The translations under genes were made by a program, and so were the position numbers. Below, piece after piece: positions 19,683-30,010 of a stretch of 64,000 nucleotides of DNA. Under the pieces are notes generated by a model. It saw nothing but the letters and a program-made list of their open reading frames with translations. It made no database searches and had not been told where the DNA came from. This DNA is from Nitrospirota bacterium (GTDB taxonomy: Bacteria > Nitrospirota > UBA9217). The first letter of the stretch is position 1. Each line of letters opens with the position of its first letter. Location: assembly GCA_963751455.1 (NCBI GenBank), contig CAVVUN010000009.1, positions 288,001 to 352,000 on the forward strand, in the 5' to 3' direction.

Positions 19683-20452
19683 AAGTCGTAATACTTGCCG
19701 GAGGCCTTGGAACCAGGATCAGTGAAGAAACGATAGTGCGGCCCAAACCGATGGTCGAGATCGGTGGAAAACCGATCTTGTGGCACATCATGAAAATATA
19801 TTCTCATTATGGATATAATGAATTTATTGTCTGCCTCGGTTTTAAAGGTTATATGATTAAGGAATATTTTTCGAATTATTTTCTTCATATGAGCAATGTG
19901 ACGTTCGATATGAAGCAGAATACGATGCAGGTGCACGAACAATATGCTGAACCATGGAAAGTAACCCTCGTCGACACGGGAACGGATACCATGACCGGAG
20001 GCCGCATAAAACGGGTCGCGCCTTATATCGGCAAAGAACCATTCATGCTCACGTACGGCGACGGCGTCGCCGATATCAATATCTCCAGCCTCGTCAAGTA
20101 CCACAAAAAACATGGAAAATTTTGCACGGTCACGGCCACGCAGCCGTCCGGCCGTTTCGGTGCTCTTCGTCTCGATGATGCGGGGCTGGTCGCCGCATTC
20201 CAGGAAAAACCTGCCGGCGACGGTTCCTGGATCAACGGCGGCTTCTTTGTTCTGGAACCGGGGATACTTGATTATATAAAAAGCGACGAAACTATATTCG
20301 AAAAAGAGCCTCTGGAACGGCTGTCAAGCGAGGGGCAGCTGGTCGCATACAAGCATGCTGATTTCTGGTACGCCATGGATACACTTCGCGATAAAAACCA
20401 TCTCGAAACGCTCTGGCAATCCGGTGATGCACCGTGGAAAGTATGGGAATGA
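19679..20452 (+). CDS. rfbF: Glucose-1-phosphate cytidylyltransferase
   Basis: [35 protein letters not shown]. Confidence 0.96.
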   Translation: MKVVILAGGLGTRISEETIVRPKPMVEIGGKPILWHIMKIYSHYGYNEFIVCLGFKGYMIKEYFSNYFLHMSNVTFDMKQNTMQVHEQYAEPWKVTLVDTGTDTMTGGRIKRVAPYIGKEPFMLTYGDGVADINISSLVKYHKKHGKFCTVTATQPSGRFGALRLDDAGLVAAFQEKPAGDGSWINGGFFVLEPGILDYIKSDETIFEKEPLERLSSEGQLVAYKHADFWYAMDTLRDKNHLETLWQSGDAPWKVWE

Positions 20453-20476
20453 CAAGCAGGAGATACGAGGCCTTTT

Positions 20477-21580
20477 GTGATCGATAAAGAATTCTGGAAA
20501 GGGAAAAAAGTGTTCCTGACCGGGCATACCGGTTTCAAGGGCTCGTGGCTCTGCCTGTGGCTTCATTCACTCGGAGCCGAGGTCCACGGCTATGCTCTTG
20601 ACCCGCCCACGAAGCCGAGCCTCTATGAGTTATGCGGCATTCAGCAGCTCCTGCGATCGACGATTGCCGATATCAGAGACCGCGACACTTTAACAAAAGC
20701 ACTAACTTCGTCGAGGCCCGAGATCGTGATCCACATGGCTGCCCAACCGCTGGTCAGAGATTCGTACAGGATGCCTCACGAAACCTACGAAGTTAACGTG
20801 ATGGGCACGGTCAATCTGCTCGAGTCCATCAGAGCATGCAAAACAGTTAAAGCAGTCATCAATATCACGACGGACAAATGCTACGAGAACAGGGAATGGA
20901 TATGGGGATACCGCGAAAACGAACCGCTCGGCGGGTATGATCCCTATTCGAGCAGCAAGGCCTGCTCCGAACTGGTGACTGCCGCATACCGCAGTTCGTA
21001 TTTCAATCCGAAAGACTATCCGGTTCACGGTGTTGCGCTCGCCTCAGCGCGGGCAGGCAATGTTATCGGAGGCGGAGACTGGGCGACTGACAGGCTTATC
21101 CCGGATTGCGTCAGGGCCTTTTTAAACGGCACGAAAGTTGTCATTAGAAATCCCGAATCAATCCGGCCCTGGCAGCATGTGCTTGAGCCGTTGAGCGGAT
21201 ACCTGGCGCTCGGTCGGAAACTGTATGAAGAAGGCCCAGCGTATGGTGACGCATGGAATTTCGGACCGGATGAAGCCGATGCAAAACCGGTCCGCTGGAT
21301 CGTTGAAAGGCTTTCTAGAAAATGGGGTGAAGGAGCGCACTATCTGGTAGATACCGAAAACAACCCTCATGAAGCTCATTATCTTAAGCTCGATTGTTCA
21401 AAAGCGAAGTCCAAATTGATGTGGCGTTCCCGATGGGACCTCCCAACCGCTCTCGAATCGATCATTGAGTGGACTCGTGCGTACAGCGAAAAAAGAGACG
21501 TAAAAAATGTCTGCCTGAAGCAGATAGGCGATTATTCACGGGACTCATACACGGGCAGAACACTCCCGGCGCCAGCCTAG
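20477..21580 (+). CDS. rfbG: CDP-glucose 4,6-dehydratase
   Basis: GHTGFKGSWL, AAQPLV, TTDKCY, YSSSK, RPWQHVLEP. Confidence 0.96.
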   Translation: MIDKEFWKGKKVFLTGHTGFKGSWLCLWLHSLGAEVHGYALDPPTKPSLYELCGIQQLLRSTIADIRDRDTLTKALTSSRPEIVIHMAAQPLVRDSYRMPHETYEVNVMGTVNLLESIRACKTVKAVINITTDKCYENREWIWGYRENEPLGGYDPYSSSKACSELVTAAYRSSYFNPKDYPVHGVALASARAGNVIGGGDWATDRLIPDCVRAFLNGTKVVIRNPESIRPWQHVLEPLSGYLALGRKLYEEGPAYGDAWNFGPDEADAKPVRWIVERLSRKWGEGAHYLVDTENNPHEAHYLKLDCSKAKSKLMWRSRWDLPTALESIIEWTRAYSEKRDVKNVCLKQIGDYSRDSYTGRTLPAPA

Positions 21581-21655
21581 AGCATAAAATGTTTCATTCA
21601 GTTGTTATGAAAAAAAGATACAATAGTAAAAGAATCTTTTTTTCAGGAGGTAAAT

Positions 21656-22744
21656 GTGGTCAGAGATATTTTTGAAGACTTGTTCGTCCTGGAAATGACG
21701 AACAACCATAAAGGCGACGTCAAAAGAGGACTTGAAATTATCCATCAGTTTTCACGCCTCGTTCGGTTCAATAATGTGAGAGCGGCGATCAAGCTTCAAT
21801 TTCGCGATGTCGACTCCTTCATTCATAAAGATTTCAGGACCAGGGACGACATCTATTACGTGAAACGGGTACTGGAAACGCGCCTGAAACTGGAAGAGTA
21901 TGCTGCCTTGGTTGAAGCGATCCGCAAGTCAAATTGCATTCCGATGACGACGCCCTTTGACGAAAAATCGGTCGATCTTATCGAGTATTTCGACATGCCC
22001 TTCATTAAAATAGCGAGTTCCGGCTGCAACGACTGGATGCTCATCGAAAGGATTGCGAAGACCAGAAAACCGGTTATCGTTTCCGTAGGCGGCATGTCCC
22101 TCAAGGACATGGACGATATGGTCACGTTTTTCGAAAATAGAAACATCCCCGTCTGTTTACTGCACTGTATCGCGGCCTATCCGACCGAAGAGCGCGATCA
22201 GCAGCTTAACCAGATCGATTTTCTGAGGAACAGATATCCCAATCATACTATCGGCTTGTCGTCTCATGAATATCATGATTGGCATTCATCGGTCACGGCT
22301 GCATACGCGAAGGGCGCCAGGGTTTTTGAACGGCACATCGATATCGATACCGACGGGTCAAAAGTGGCTGCCTATTCCTCGCTTCCTCAACAGATAGATA
22401 CATGGTTCAAGGCATGGCATCATGCAAAACTGATATGCGGAGCGTCCGGAGAGACACGGCTGATGCCTATTGATAAAGAAACTGAATATCTGCATTCCTA
22501 CATACGGGGTGTTTACGCCAAAAAAGACCTGAAAGAAGGAGGAATGATCTCGGAATCCGATATTTATCTGGCCATCCCTCTGCAAAAGGGGCAGCTGTCC
22601 TGCCGGGAATTGATGCTCGGGCAGTGGGGCCACAAGATCTTGAAAAATATCCAGAGCGACCAGCCCATCATGATCGATGCGATCGATACCCCGTACGCCT
22701 CCAGTGATGAATTAAAGAAACTTATTTATGAAAGAGGAATTTGA
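21656..22744 (+). CDS. NeuB-family PEP-dependent ulosonate synthase (atypical) with C-terminal SAF domain
   Basis: E..NNH.GD, KLQ, TPFD, KIAS, LHC...YPT, GLSSH, ERH, RGVYAKKDL. No neuA/neuC nearby. Confidence 0.85.
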   Translation: MVRDIFEDLFVLEMTNNHKGDVKRGLEIIHQFSRLVRFNNVRAAIKLQFRDVDSFIHKDFRTRDDIYYVKRVLETRLKLEEYAALVEAIRKSNCIPMTTPFDEKSVDLIEYFDMPFIKIASSGCNDWMLIERIAKTRKPVIVSVGGMSLKDMDDMVTFFENRNIPVCLLHCIAAYPTEERDQQLNQIDFLRNRYPNHTIGLSSHEYHDWHSSVTAAYAKGARVFERHIDIDTDGSKVAAYSSLPQQIDTWFKAWHHAKLICGASGETRLMPIDKETEYLHSYIRGVYAKKDLKEGGMISESDIYLAIPLQKGQLSCRELMLGQWGHKILKNIQSDQPIMIDAIDTPYASSDELKKLIYERGI

Positions 22745-22817
22745 CGCGGTCCATCATCAAGAATGCTTTTCAATCGGCGTGTATTGCGGACTTCGCCGGC
22801 TGGAAATGAGGTGAGAA

Positions 22818-24170
22818 GTGGCGGGGAAAAACGAAGGCGAAGAAGAATTGCGGAGTCAGGTGGTCCGTGCCGCAGCGCGCTATTATGAGTACAAGCACAG
22901 GGAAAAAGCCGTTTTCAAACCCGGAGACCGGATCGCTTACGGAGGAAGGGTGTTTGATGAAAAGGAAATATGCGCGCTGGTCGATTCTTCACTCGATTTC
23001 TGGCTTACGACAGGACGCTATGCTCAAAGATTCGAAAAAGATTTTGCAGCGCTTCTCGGCGCCGCATTTTGTTCCCTTACGAATTCAGGTTCTTCCGCTA
23101 ACCTTCTCGCCTTCGTGGCGCTGACGTCACCCTCTCTCGAAAAAAGGATTCATAAAGGCGATGAGGTCATAACCGTGGCAGCCGGTTTCCCGACTACGGT
23201 TGCCCCCATTATACAATACGGCGCAGTTCCGGTTTTTCTCGATATCACTCCACCCACGTACAATATCGATTGCTCGGGACTCGAAGAGGCGCTCTCGGAC
23301 AGGACAAGGGCCGTGATGCTGGCCCATACGCTCGGCAATCCCTTCGATCTCGAGGCTGTAAAAGGTTTCTGCGACAAACATGATTTATGGCTGATCGAAG
23401 ACAACTGCGACTCATTGGGTTCGAAGTATCGTTATAAAGGAGTCTGGAAATACACCGGGACGATCGGCCACATGGGGACATCCAGTTTCTATCCCCCTCA
23501 TCATATAACCATGGGGGAAGGAGGCGCGGTCTATACGGACGATGCGCGTCTCAAGAAAATAGTAGAATCGTTTCGCGATTGGGGAAGGGACTGCTGGTGT
23601 CCTTCCGGGCGGGATAATTCATGCAAACAGCGCTTTTCGCGGCAATTCGGACAGCTTCCGGTGGGGTATGACCACAAATACGTTTATTCCCATTTCGGGT
23701 ATAATCTCAAAGTCACGGATATGCAGGCGGCTATTGGTTGCGCACAGCTCGAAAAACTGCCCGGCTTCATTGCGGCCCGCAAAAAAAACTGGAGAGTGCT
23801 GCGGGACGGCTTGTCCGCTTTGGAGGACAGGTTTATTCTGCCTGAGACGGGTAACAACACGGATCCGAGCTGGTTCGGTTTTCTGCTTACGGTAAAAGAA
23901 AAGGCAGGGTTTACTCGAAATGAGATCGTAAGCCATCTGGAAAAGAACGGGATACAGACACGCATGCTTTTTGCGGGTAATCTTATCAAACATCCCTGCT
24001 TCGATGAATTACGTGAAACGGGGGCCGGATACCGGGTGATCGACGAATTGAAGAATACCGATATGGTGATGGAACGGAGCTTCTGGATAGGAGTCTATCC
24101 GGGGATGCGGGAAGGCATGCTGGAATTCATGATCGAAAAAATCAGGGAATTTGCAAACCGAACAGTATGA
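22818..24170 (+). CDS. rfbH: CDP-4-keto-6-deoxyglucose 3-dehydrase (E1, PMP/[2Fe-2S])
   Basis: NSGSSANL, EDNCDSLG, SFYPPHHITMGEGG (His in place of the PLP Lys), GRDCWC..C, YDHKY. Confidence 0.95.
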   Translation: MAGKNEGEEELRSQVVRAAARYYEYKHREKAVFKPGDRIAYGGRVFDEKEICALVDSSLDFWLTTGRYAQRFEKDFAALLGAAFCSLTNSGSSANLLAFVALTSPSLEKRIHKGDEVITVAAGFPTTVAPIIQYGAVPVFLDITPPTYNIDCSGLEEALSDRTRAVMLAHTLGNPFDLEAVKGFCDKHDLWLIEDNCDSLGSKYRYKGVWKYTGTIGHMGTSSFYPPHHITMGEGGAVYTDDARLKKIVESFRDWGRDCWCPSGRDNSCKQRFSRQFGQLPVGYDHKYVYSHFGYNLKVTDMQAAIGCAQLEKLPGFIAARKKNWRVLRDGLSALEDRFILPETGNNTDPSWFGFLLTVKEKAGFTRNEIVSHLEKNGIQTRMLFAGNLIKHPCFDELRETGAGYRVIDELKNTDMVMERSFWIGVYPGMREGMLEFMIEKIREFANRTV

Positions 24171-25045
24171 AGATCCTGATAACAGGCGGCAGCGGCTTTA
24201 TCGGCAGAAACGTAAAGGAATATTTGTCCGCACGGTACAGCGTGCTTGCACCCGCTCATTCTGAATTGGAACTTCTCGATGAAAAGGCAGTTGAGAACTT
24301 TCTCGCAAAAAATTCCGTAGATATCGTCATCCACAGTGCCGTGAAGCCGGGCCACCGCAATGCCAAGGACCTTTCGGGACAGCTGTATACGAACACCCGC
24401 ATGTTTTTCAATCTCGCCAGGAATAATGATCGCTACGGGAAAATGATCTTCATCGGGTCCGGAGCGGTATACGACATGCGCGCATACAGACCCAAGATGA
24501 AAGAGGAATATTTCGATACGAGCATTCCTGCCGACGAGCACGGATTTTCAAAATATATCATTGCAAAATATATTGAGCGGACGGACAATATCCTGGAACT
24601 GAGGGTCTTCGGCATTTTCGGGAAGTACGAAGATTATGCCATACGGTTCATATCGAACGCGATCTGCAAGACGCTGCACGATCTTCCGATAACGATCAAG
24701 CAGAACCGCAAGTTCGATTATATCAATATTGACGACCTCGTGAAGGTGGTTGAGCATTTTATGCATAACGAGGGCCGGCATAAAGCTTACAATGTGACAC
24801 CGGACGCCTCTATAGATCTCCTTACGCTTGCCGAAAAAGTACGATCGCAGTCCGGGAACAAAGTTCCCATTCTCGTGAGAGAGACCGGGGCCGGATTAGA
24901 GTACAGCGGCGACAATTCTCGTCTCCGGGCCGAGATGCCCGAACTGAAACTTACTTCTCTTGATGAGTCCATTGCGCGGTTATACGATTGGTACGCTGCC
25001 CATCTTCACGTTATCGAGAGGGACAAGCTGCTGGTTGACAGATAA
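24167..25045 (+). CDS. NAD(P)-dependent nucleotide-sugar reductase/epimerase (YerF-like by context)
   Basis: GGSGFIG; SGAVY; HGFSK in place of YxxxK. Confidence 0.8.
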   Translation: MKILITGGSGFIGRNVKEYLSARYSVLAPAHSELELLDEKAVENFLAKNSVDIVIHSAVKPGHRNAKDLSGQLYTNTRMFFNLARNNDRYGKMIFIGSGAVYDMRAYRPKMKEEYFDTSIPADEHGFSKYIIAKYIERTDNILELRVFGIFGKYEDYAIRFISNAICKTLHDLPITIKQNRKFDYINIDDLVKVVEHFMHNEGRHKAYNVTPDASIDLLTLAEKVRSQSGNKVPILVRETGAGLEYSGDNSRLRAEMPELKLTSLDESIARLYDWYAAHLHVIERDKLLVDR

Positions 25046-25065
25046 GAACTCGGGGCCATTTTATC

Positions 25066-26883
25066 ATGATAAAGGTTTCTGATTACATCGTAAATAAACT
25101 CGTCGAGTACGGCGTGCAGCATGTATTTATGATTACGGGCGGCGGGGCAATGCATCTCAATGATTCGATCGGAAAATGCCGAGATATCGAATATATCTGC
25201 AATCATCATGAGCAGGCCTCTGCCATAGCGGCTGAAGGTTACGCCCGTGCCTCTGGAAAGCCTGCAGTGGTCGTAGTCACGAGCGGCCCTGGAGGAACGA
25301 ATACGCTTACCGGTGTCATCGGACAATGGCTCGATTCGGTCCCTGTCATTTACCTCTCGGGACAGGTCAAACAGGAGACAACGATAGAGTCATGCAGGGA
25401 ACTCGGTCTCCGGCAGCTCGGCGACCAGGAAATCAATATAATTGATATCGTGCGGCCTGTTACTAAATTTTCCGCTATTATAAAAAATTCGCGGGACATT
25501 AAAAAGCTCGTGGAAAAAGCCATGTACATCGCAACGCACGGAAGACCGGGACCGGTTTGGCTCGATGTCCCGCTCGATATTCAGGCGGCCATGATCGATG
25601 AAGAGACCCTGCAAGGTTACGACGAGAAAGAAGACGAGGTGCGTTTTGAACCGGCCGCAGTCAAAGCCCGGGTATCACGTCTCCTCGAAATGCTGAAGAA
25701 AGCCGAGCGCCCCGTTTTTCTTGCCGGGCAGGGGATACGGATTGCCGGGGGGCAGAAACTCTTTCTGGATGCCATTGAATCCCTGGGGATACCCGTTGTT
25801 ACATCGTTCTGCGGCTTTGATCTTATACCGACCGATCATCCGCTCTTCATAGGAAGAATAGGAACAGTGGGAAACCGGTCCGGAAATTTCACGCTTCAGA
25901 ACAGTGATTTGCTTCTGTCCGTAGGGTCCCGCAATAACATCAGGCAAGTCAGTTACAACTGGCGTTCTTACGCGCGAGCCGCCACCAAGGTCATTGTCGA
26001 CATCGATGCTTCGGAACTTAAAAAGCCAACAATCAAACCGGACCTTGCTGTTCATGCCGATGCAGCTGTTTTTTTAAAGGAACTGCAGGCCCAGCTTACG
26101 CACCAAAAGCTTCCCGAACGGAACAAATGGCTGGAATGGTGCCGGTTCAGAAAAGAGAAATATCCTCGAGTCTCGTCGGAACAGCGTTCTTCGACCGGCT
26201 TCGTCAATCCCTATTATTTTATAGAAATGCTGACCGGTTCGCTGCGTGAAGAAGCGATCGTGACCGCAGGGAACGGTACTGCCTGCGTCGCGCTGTTTCA
26301 GGCCGGCACTGTAAAACAGCGGCAGCGCATGTTCTGGAACTCTGGCTGTGCTTCCATGGGATATGATTTACCCGCTGCCATAGGCGCGTGCCTGGCAAGT
26401 GGAAGGAAAGACGTTGTTTGCCTGGCCGGTGACGGCAGCCTCCAGATGAACATTCAGGAACTGCAAACAGTTGCGCACAACCGGCTGCCGATCAAGCTTT
26501 TTGTACTCGATAACAGCGGATACATTTCGATCAGGCAGACTCAGGATGCTTTTTTTGACGGCCGACATATAGGATGTGATGCCGCCAGCGGTGTCAGTTT
26601 TCCGGATATTGAAAAAGTAGCCTCAGCCTACGGCATCAGAACCGCTGCGATAGAAAATCATAAAGAAATGAAAGATGCTATCTCAGTGGTTCTCGAGACC
26701 GAGGGTCCCGTGATCTGCCGGGTCCGTCTTTCTCCCGGTTACAAATTCGAACCCAAGCTCTCTTCGGAACGTAAACCGGACGGTAAAATTGTTTCAAAGC
26801 CGCTGGAAGATATGTTTCCGTTCCTGGACCGTGAAGAATTCAAAAGCAATATGCTCATTCCCGAATGGGACCCCGAACAATGA
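25066..26883 (+). CDS. ThDP-dependent acetolactate-synthase-like C-C ligase (YerE-like)
   Basis: HHEQ, TSGPGGTN, SGQ, GRPGPVWLDVP, SMGY, GDGS..MNIQEL..N; embedded in the CDP-dideoxysugar operon; no small subunit gene. Confidence 0.85.
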   Translation: MIKVSDYIVNKLVEYGVQHVFMITGGGAMHLNDSIGKCRDIEYICNHHEQASAIAAEGYARASGKPAVVVVTSGPGGTNTLTGVIGQWLDSVPVIYLSGQVKQETTIESCRELGLRQLGDQEINIIDIVRPVTKFSAIIKNSRDIKKLVEKAMYIATHGRPGPVWLDVPLDIQAAMIDEETLQGYDEKEDEVRFEPAAVKARVSRLLEMLKKAERPVFLAGQGIRIAGGQKLFLDAIESLGIPVVTSFCGFDLIPTDHPLFIGRIGTVGNRSGNFTLQNSDLLLSVGSRNNIRQVSYNWRSYARAATKVIVDIDASELKKPTIKPDLAVHADAAVFLKELQAQLTHQKLPERNKWLEWCRFRKEKYPRVSSEQRSSTGFVNPYYFIEMLTGSLREEAIVTAGNGTACVALFQAGTVKQRQRMFWNSGCASMGYDLPAAIGACLASGRKDVVCLAGDGSLQMNIQELQTVAHNRLPIKLFVLDNSGYISIRQTQDAFFDGRHIGCDAASGVSFPDIEKVASAYGIRTAAIENHKEMKDAISVVLETEGPVICRVRLSPGYKFEPKLSSERKPDGKIVSKPLEDMFPFLDREEFKSNMLIPEWDPEQ

Positions 26884-26941
26884 TGTGGAAACAGCACATT
26901 AAACCTTTACATTCATCGGCAAAGGATGAGGTGATGAGATC

Positions 26942-27607
26942 ATGAAACGTACCGTTCTCCTGACCGGCGGATCACGAGGAATAGGTTCAGCCGTGAAAAA
27001 GCGGTTGAGCAGCGAAGACATGGAAATATTGGCTCCAGGAAGGGCGGAACTCGATTTGCTCTCCAATGAATCGATCGGTTCCTTTCTGGCTTCACTGAAG
27101 CGTCCTGTGGACGTCCTGATAAACAATGCCGGAATCAATCATCTTGCATCCGTCGAGGAGATCACGACGGATACTTTGGAGGCGATGGTGCAGGTGAATT
27201 TAACGGCCCCCCTTAGGATTATTCAGGGCACACTGCCCGGAATGAAGAAAAACCGGTATGGAAGGATTCTTAACGTAAGTTCGATATTCGGAATTGTTTC
27301 AAAGGAGCGGCGCTTGCTGTATTCCGCCACAAAATCCGGGCTGATAGGAATGACAAAAACGCTTGCACTGGAACTGGGGCCGTTTAATATTCTGGTCAAC
27401 TGCATTGCCCCGGGCTATGTTTTGACCGAGTTGACGAGACAGAACAACAGCCCCGAAGAACTGAAACGGATTTCCTCATCCATCCCTCTCAATCGGATTG
27501 CGGAACCTTCAGAGATAGCCGAGGTTGCTGCATTCCTGTGCTCCGACAGGAACACGTATATAACGGGGCAGGCCATAGTTGTGGACGGGGGATTTACATG
27601 CAGGTGA
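26942..27607 (+). CDS. Short-chain dehydrogenase/reductase
   Basis: TGGSRGIG, NNAG, YSATK, VDGG. Confidence 0.9.
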   Translation: MKRTVLLTGGSRGIGSAVKKRLSSEDMEILAPGRAELDLLSNESIGSFLASLKRPVDVLINNAGINHLASVEEITTDTLEAMVQVNLTAPLRIIQGTLPGMKKNRYGRILNVSSIFGIVSKERRLLYSATKSGLIGMTKTLALELGPFNILVNCIAPGYVLTELTRQNNSPEELKRISSSIPLNRIAEPSEIAEVAAFLCSDRNTYITGQAIVVDGGFTCR

Positions 27608-28677
27608 TCAACATCAAATCCGCTGTGCGGAATTATACTGTCTCATTCCCGGTTCGAGACGATTTTGTGGGTGAATTGACCTCCAGGGCGGATTGCTTGT
27701 TTGTCATTGACAGTACTGTATGGAATCTTCACAAGGACGGCTGTCTCAATCAATTAACAAAATCAGATAAGATAATTTTACCAGTCGCTGAAGAGCGAAA
27801 GAATCTTGACAGCGTTCAAGAGTTGTATGACGGATTTATGGACCGGTCGGCAAAGAAGAACATGACCATGATAACGATTGGAGGGGGCATTCTCCAGGAC
27901 GTCTCCGGCTTCGCCGCTTCTACCCTCTACAGAGGCATCAACTGGATATTCATGCCTACGACTCTGCTTGCCCAGGCAGACAGCTGCATAGGGAGCAAAA
28001 CATCCCTTAACTATAAACGATTTAAAAACCTGGTTGGAACGTTCTATCCGCCTTCAGAAGTGTACATATACACTCCCTTTCTCGAGACATTGAAGCCGAT
28101 AGATTTCTTCAGCGGGTTAGGAGAGGTCATCAAACTCCATATTATGGGTGGTCAACAGAAAACAGACGAATTGATTACCATATGGTCCGATCTTGTTCAG
28201 CGTAAACCTGAATCACTGATGTCAGCTGTACAGAACTGTCTTGCAATTAAACAGAGTTACATGGAGAACGATGAGTTTGACACCGGACGAAGAAATCTTC
28301 TGAATTTCGGCCATTGTTTCGGCCATGCTCTGGAAACAGTGAGCCACTATCGTATTCCTCATGGTCAAGCTGTGGTAATAGGGATGCTTTTTGCAAACAT
28401 AGTAGCCAAAAACATGGGGATACTCGGTTCCGCAACTGAGGATTATCTTGCACACAAGCTGCTCTTGAGTGCGGTCAATGCGAAGATAACGCGGTCCGAT
28501 CTTGACGCAAAACACATTGCTGAAGCCATGAAAAAGGACAAAAAGAGGGTCGGAAAAGATCTTGTTATTGTCTTAATGACTGAAGATTTCATCTTTGAAA
28601 AAATAACCAATTTCCGCGAAGAAGATCTGGCCCCAGGGATTGACGAACTTATAAACGTACTGCAATTGACTGAGTGA
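27598..28677 (+). CDS. AroB (3-dehydroquinate synthase)-related sugar-phosphate phospholyase/cyclase
   Basis: GGGILQD, YRG, PTTLLAQADS, KNLVGTF, EVIK, LNFGHCFGHALE, PHG; N-terminus divergent from housekeeping AroB. Confidence 0.85.
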   Translation: MQVINIKSAVRNYTVSFPVRDDFVGELTSRADCLFVIDSTVWNLHKDGCLNQLTKSDKIILPVAEERKNLDSVQELYDGFMDRSAKKNMTMITIGGGILQDVSGFAASTLYRGINWIFMPTTLLAQADSCIGSKTSLNYKRFKNLVGTFYPPSEVYIYTPFLETLKPIDFFSGLGEVIKLHIMGGQQKTDELITIWSDLVQRKPESLMSAVQNCLAIKQSYMENDEFDTGRRNLLNFGHCFGHALETVSHYRIPHGQAVVIGMLFANIVAKNMGILGSATEDYLAHKLLLSAVNAKITRSDLDAKHIAEAMKKDKKRVGKDLVIVLMTEDFIFEKITNFREEDLAPGIDELINVLQLTE

Positions 28678-28996
28678 TAGCTTTATTGTCTCATGAAAAC
28701 GACTTTCAGTTCTGTGGAGTAAGCACATCTGTGGCAGAGATACTCCCTTCATTATAAGTATTAACCTTCCTTCAATCCTCAAGGCAGCAAATGGCAACAA
28801 TGCGCAAATTAAATCAGTTTAATGCAGGAATAAACCCCGTACGATTCTTGTTCATCCCTTGTAATTGATATTTGGAATGAAGCGTGCTACGCTTAATTCT
28901 GTAACATCTGCTGTCCAAGTCTTGATAATCACACTTCCGATGGAATAAAAATATCTCCCCGCATGGGCTCTCGGAATAGCGATAAGGACATAATAG

Positions 28997-30010
28997 ATGA
29001 AGACTATCAGTATCGTCACGCCCTGTTACAACGAAGAAGAAAATGTAGAAAAGGTATATTGGGAAACAAAGAAAGTATTCGAAAGGCTTCGAAACTATTC
29101 TTACGAACACATATTTATCGACAATGCGTCTCGTGATGGAACGGTTCGAGTTCTCAAAGCAATTGCGAAACACGATAAAAAGGTAAAGATTATTGTGAAT
29201 AATCGTAATTTCGGGCATATACGCTCTCCGTTTTACGGCCTTTTGCAATCGACAGGGGATGCTGTCGTATTGCTGTGTGCGGATATGCAGGATCCGCCGA
29301 CCATGATCATTGATTTTGTTAACAAATGGAATGAAGGATACAAGGTCGTTTTAGGAGTAAAGAAAACGAGCCAGGAATCAGCGGCCATGTTCGCCATACG
29401 AAAACTGTATTACTATATTATTCATTCCCTGTCTGAAGTCCCGATTACTAAAAATCATACCGGGTTCGGATTATATGACAGGGAGGTTATCGATATTATG
29501 AGAAAACTCGGTGACCCGTATCCGTATTTCAGAGGTCTCATTTCCGATCTCGGGTACGAAAGCGCAAAGATATATTACGATCAGCCAAAAAGAAAACGAG
29601 GCATTTCAAAAAACAATTTTTACACACTCTACGATATGGCAATGCTCGGCATTACGAATCATTCCAAAGTTCCGCTTCGTCTTGCCACAATGCTGGGTTT
29701 CGCAATCGCTGCCTTGAGTCTCGTCGTTGCTTTCTGCTATTTTGTTGCCAAGCTTATTTTTTGGGATCGATTCAGCCTCGGCACAGCTCCCCTGATCATC
29801 AGTTTGTTCTTCTTTTCGTCTGTTCAATTATTTTTTATCGGAATTATCGGCGAATATATCGGATCCATACATACCCAAATATTAAAAAGACCCCTGGTCG
29901 TTGAAAAGGAAAGAATCAATTTCAATTCAAATGATGTCCTGGATTCACATGACGGAGAAATTTCGGGCGTCATGAAGGACAAAACTGTAAAGCATGAAGT
30001 TTTCCAATAA
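28997..30010 (+). CDS. GtrB-like polyprenyl-phosphate glycosyltransferase (GT2)
   Basis: PCYNEE, DNASRD, RNFG, ADMQDPP, two C-terminal TMs, GEYIG..RP. Confidence 0.9.
   Translation: MKTISIVTPCYNEEENVEKVYWETKKVFERLRNYSYEHIFIDNASRDGTVRVLKAIAKHDKKVKIIVNNRNFGHIRSPFYGLLQSTGDAVVLLCADMQDPPTMIIDFVNKWNEGYKVVLGVKKTSQESAAMFAIRKLYYYIIHSLSEVPITKNHTGFGLYDREVIDIMRKLGDPYPYFRGLISDLGYESAKIYYDQPKRKRGISKNNFYTLYDMAMLGITNHSKVPLRLATMLGFAIAALSLVVAFCYFVAKLIFWDRFSLGTAPLIISLFFFSSVQLFFIGIIGEYIGSIHTQILKRPLVVEKERINFNSNDVLDSHDGEISGVMKDKTVKHEVFQ

Noticed and set aside
21656-22744. Sialic, legionaminic or pseudaminic acid pathway
   Set aside because: No neuA/neuC/pse/leg partners; the gene is embedded among CDP-dideoxysugar genes.
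25066-28677. Housekeeping ilvB and aroB
   Set aside because: No ilvN/ilvC or aroK/aroC context; both are divergent and lie in a glycan operon.
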